Assembly: GCA_028277285.1 (NCBI GenBank)
Contig: JANQGO010000162.1
Location: forward strand, 1-60,950
Direction of reading: 5' to 3'
Source of the DNA: Alphaproteobacteria bacterium
Lineage (GTDB): Bacteria > Pseudomonadota > Alphaproteobacteria > SP197
DNA length: 60,950 nt
Part shown: piece by piece, positions 60,456 through 60,950 of the stretch
Numbering within the stretch: position 1 is the first letter of the stretch
Layout of the letters: each line of letters starts with the position of its first letter
Notes under the pieces: generated by a model
The model's database searches: none
The model's input: the letters and a program-made list of their open reading frames with translations, nothing else
What the model was told of the DNA's origin: nothing
Program-made: the position numbers and the translations under genes

Positions 60456-60950
60456 TCAGGCGTCCTTCTTGGCGGTATCGTCATCACCGTCGGCGTCACC
60501 TTCTCCGGCTTCTTCCGCGGCGGGCTCCGCATCGGCCTCGCCGTCACCGTCGCTCGCCGCCTCGGCGTCTGCTTCGGCTTCAGGCTCGGCGTCGCTTGCC
60601 TCCGGCTCGGGCTCGGGCTCGGGCTCGCCGGCGCCGGACGCTTCCTTGGCCGACAACGCCGCGCCAAGAATGTCGCCCAAGGTGGCGCCGCTGTCGGCGG
60701 AGCCGTATTCCTTCATCGCCTTCTTTTCCTCGTCGATCTCAAGACCCTTGATGGTCAGGCTCAGCTTGCGCGTCGCCTTGTCCACCGAGGTGATCTTGGC
60801 ATCGACGCGGTCGCCGGCGGCGAAGCGGTCGGGCCGCTGTTCGCTGCGTTCGCGCGACAGATCGCCCTTGCGGATGAAGCCCTGAACGGCGTCGTTGACC
60901 AGAACCTCGATGCCGTTCTCCATGATCCGCGTCACCTTGCAGGTCACGAT
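60456..60950 (-). CDS. rpsA: 30S ribosomal protein S1, C-terminal part (the 5' end lies beyond the window end) with a long acidic tail
   Basis: It reads ..VTCKVTRIMENGIEVLVNDAVQGFIRKGDLSRERSEQRPDRFAAGDRVDAKITSVDKATRKLSLTIK, the last S1 OB-fold repeat. A ~65-aa E/D/A/P-rich tail follows. The reading frame is open to the window edge. Confidence 0.88.
   Translation of the reverse strand: MVTCKVTRIMENGIEVLVNDAVQGFIRKGDLSRERSEQRPDRFAAGDRVDAKITSVDKATRKLSLTIKGLEIDEEKKAMKEYGSADSGATLGDILGAALSAKEASGAGEPEPEPEPEASDAEPEAEADAEAASDGDGEADAEPAAEEAGEGDADGDDDTAKKDA
60604..60627. repeat. hexanucleotide tandem repeat (ggctcg x4), coding for (EP)n on the minus strand
   Basis: Four exact tandem copies lie within the rpsA acidic tail. 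Confidence 0.85.

Overview
This is a densely coding, high-GC chromosomal segment. Spot counts on single 60-nt lines give about 65-68% GC. Gene order is typical of alphaproteobacteria, and most of the window is conserved housekeeping. In order: thrS (partial), two LPS-type glycosyltransferases, an alpha/beta hydrolase, an MscS-family channel, an SDR, queG, gst, gltB-gltD, uppP, an NDUFA9-like SDR, tRNA-Leu(CAG), a short RNase D, lptC-lptA-lptB-rpoN-hpf-ptsN-hprK-rapZ-EIIA(Man)-HPr-EI, ahcY, an MFS exporter, a TrxR-like ferredoxin-NADP reductase, tsaE-amgK-murU-addB/addA-trxA, a glutamine-synthetase-family gene, LysE, a DUF4239-like protein, folC-accD-trpA-trpB, trpF-pyrF, an ornithine-cyclodeaminase-family gene, and lapA-ihfB-sppA-rpsA (partial). 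Many neighbouring genes overlap by 4 nt (ATGA or TTGA). The long ORFs lying antisense to these genes are high-GC shadow ORFs and were rejected. No CRISPR array, integrase, transposase or rRNA was seen. The findings worth a second look are these. (1) A 1.67-kb AT-richer islet sits at the 3' end of the glutamine-synthetase-like gene, bounded by a direct repeat of that gene's 3' end with a 66-bp perfect core. It carries one 417-aa ORF with a clear D...ExK (PD-(D/E)xK-type) C-terminal motif and is a candidate single-gene defence or nuclease cassette. (2) About 4.6 kb of mosaic DNA separates trpF from trpBA. Its high-GC half encodes a 125-aa Tat-signal-like Gly/Ser/Arg-repeat protein, then a 13-bp GC hairpin, then a fusion of an HprK-related kinase domain with a PqqD-type peptide-recognition domain, then a convergent SAM methyltransferase. 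Its ~40% GC half encodes a 54-aa acidic mini-lipoprotein and an uncharacterised 4-TM protein. (3) AddB and AddA are encoded as one uninterrupted 2164-codon ORF. (4) A standalone 233-aa protein carries a near-canonical MshEN (c-di-GMP-binding) motif pair. (5) A third AT-richer islet (30.6-32.5 kb) encodes a 440-aa coiled-coil lipoprotein and a 68-aa ORF. All functional calls rest on recognising motifs by eye in the translations; no database search was run.
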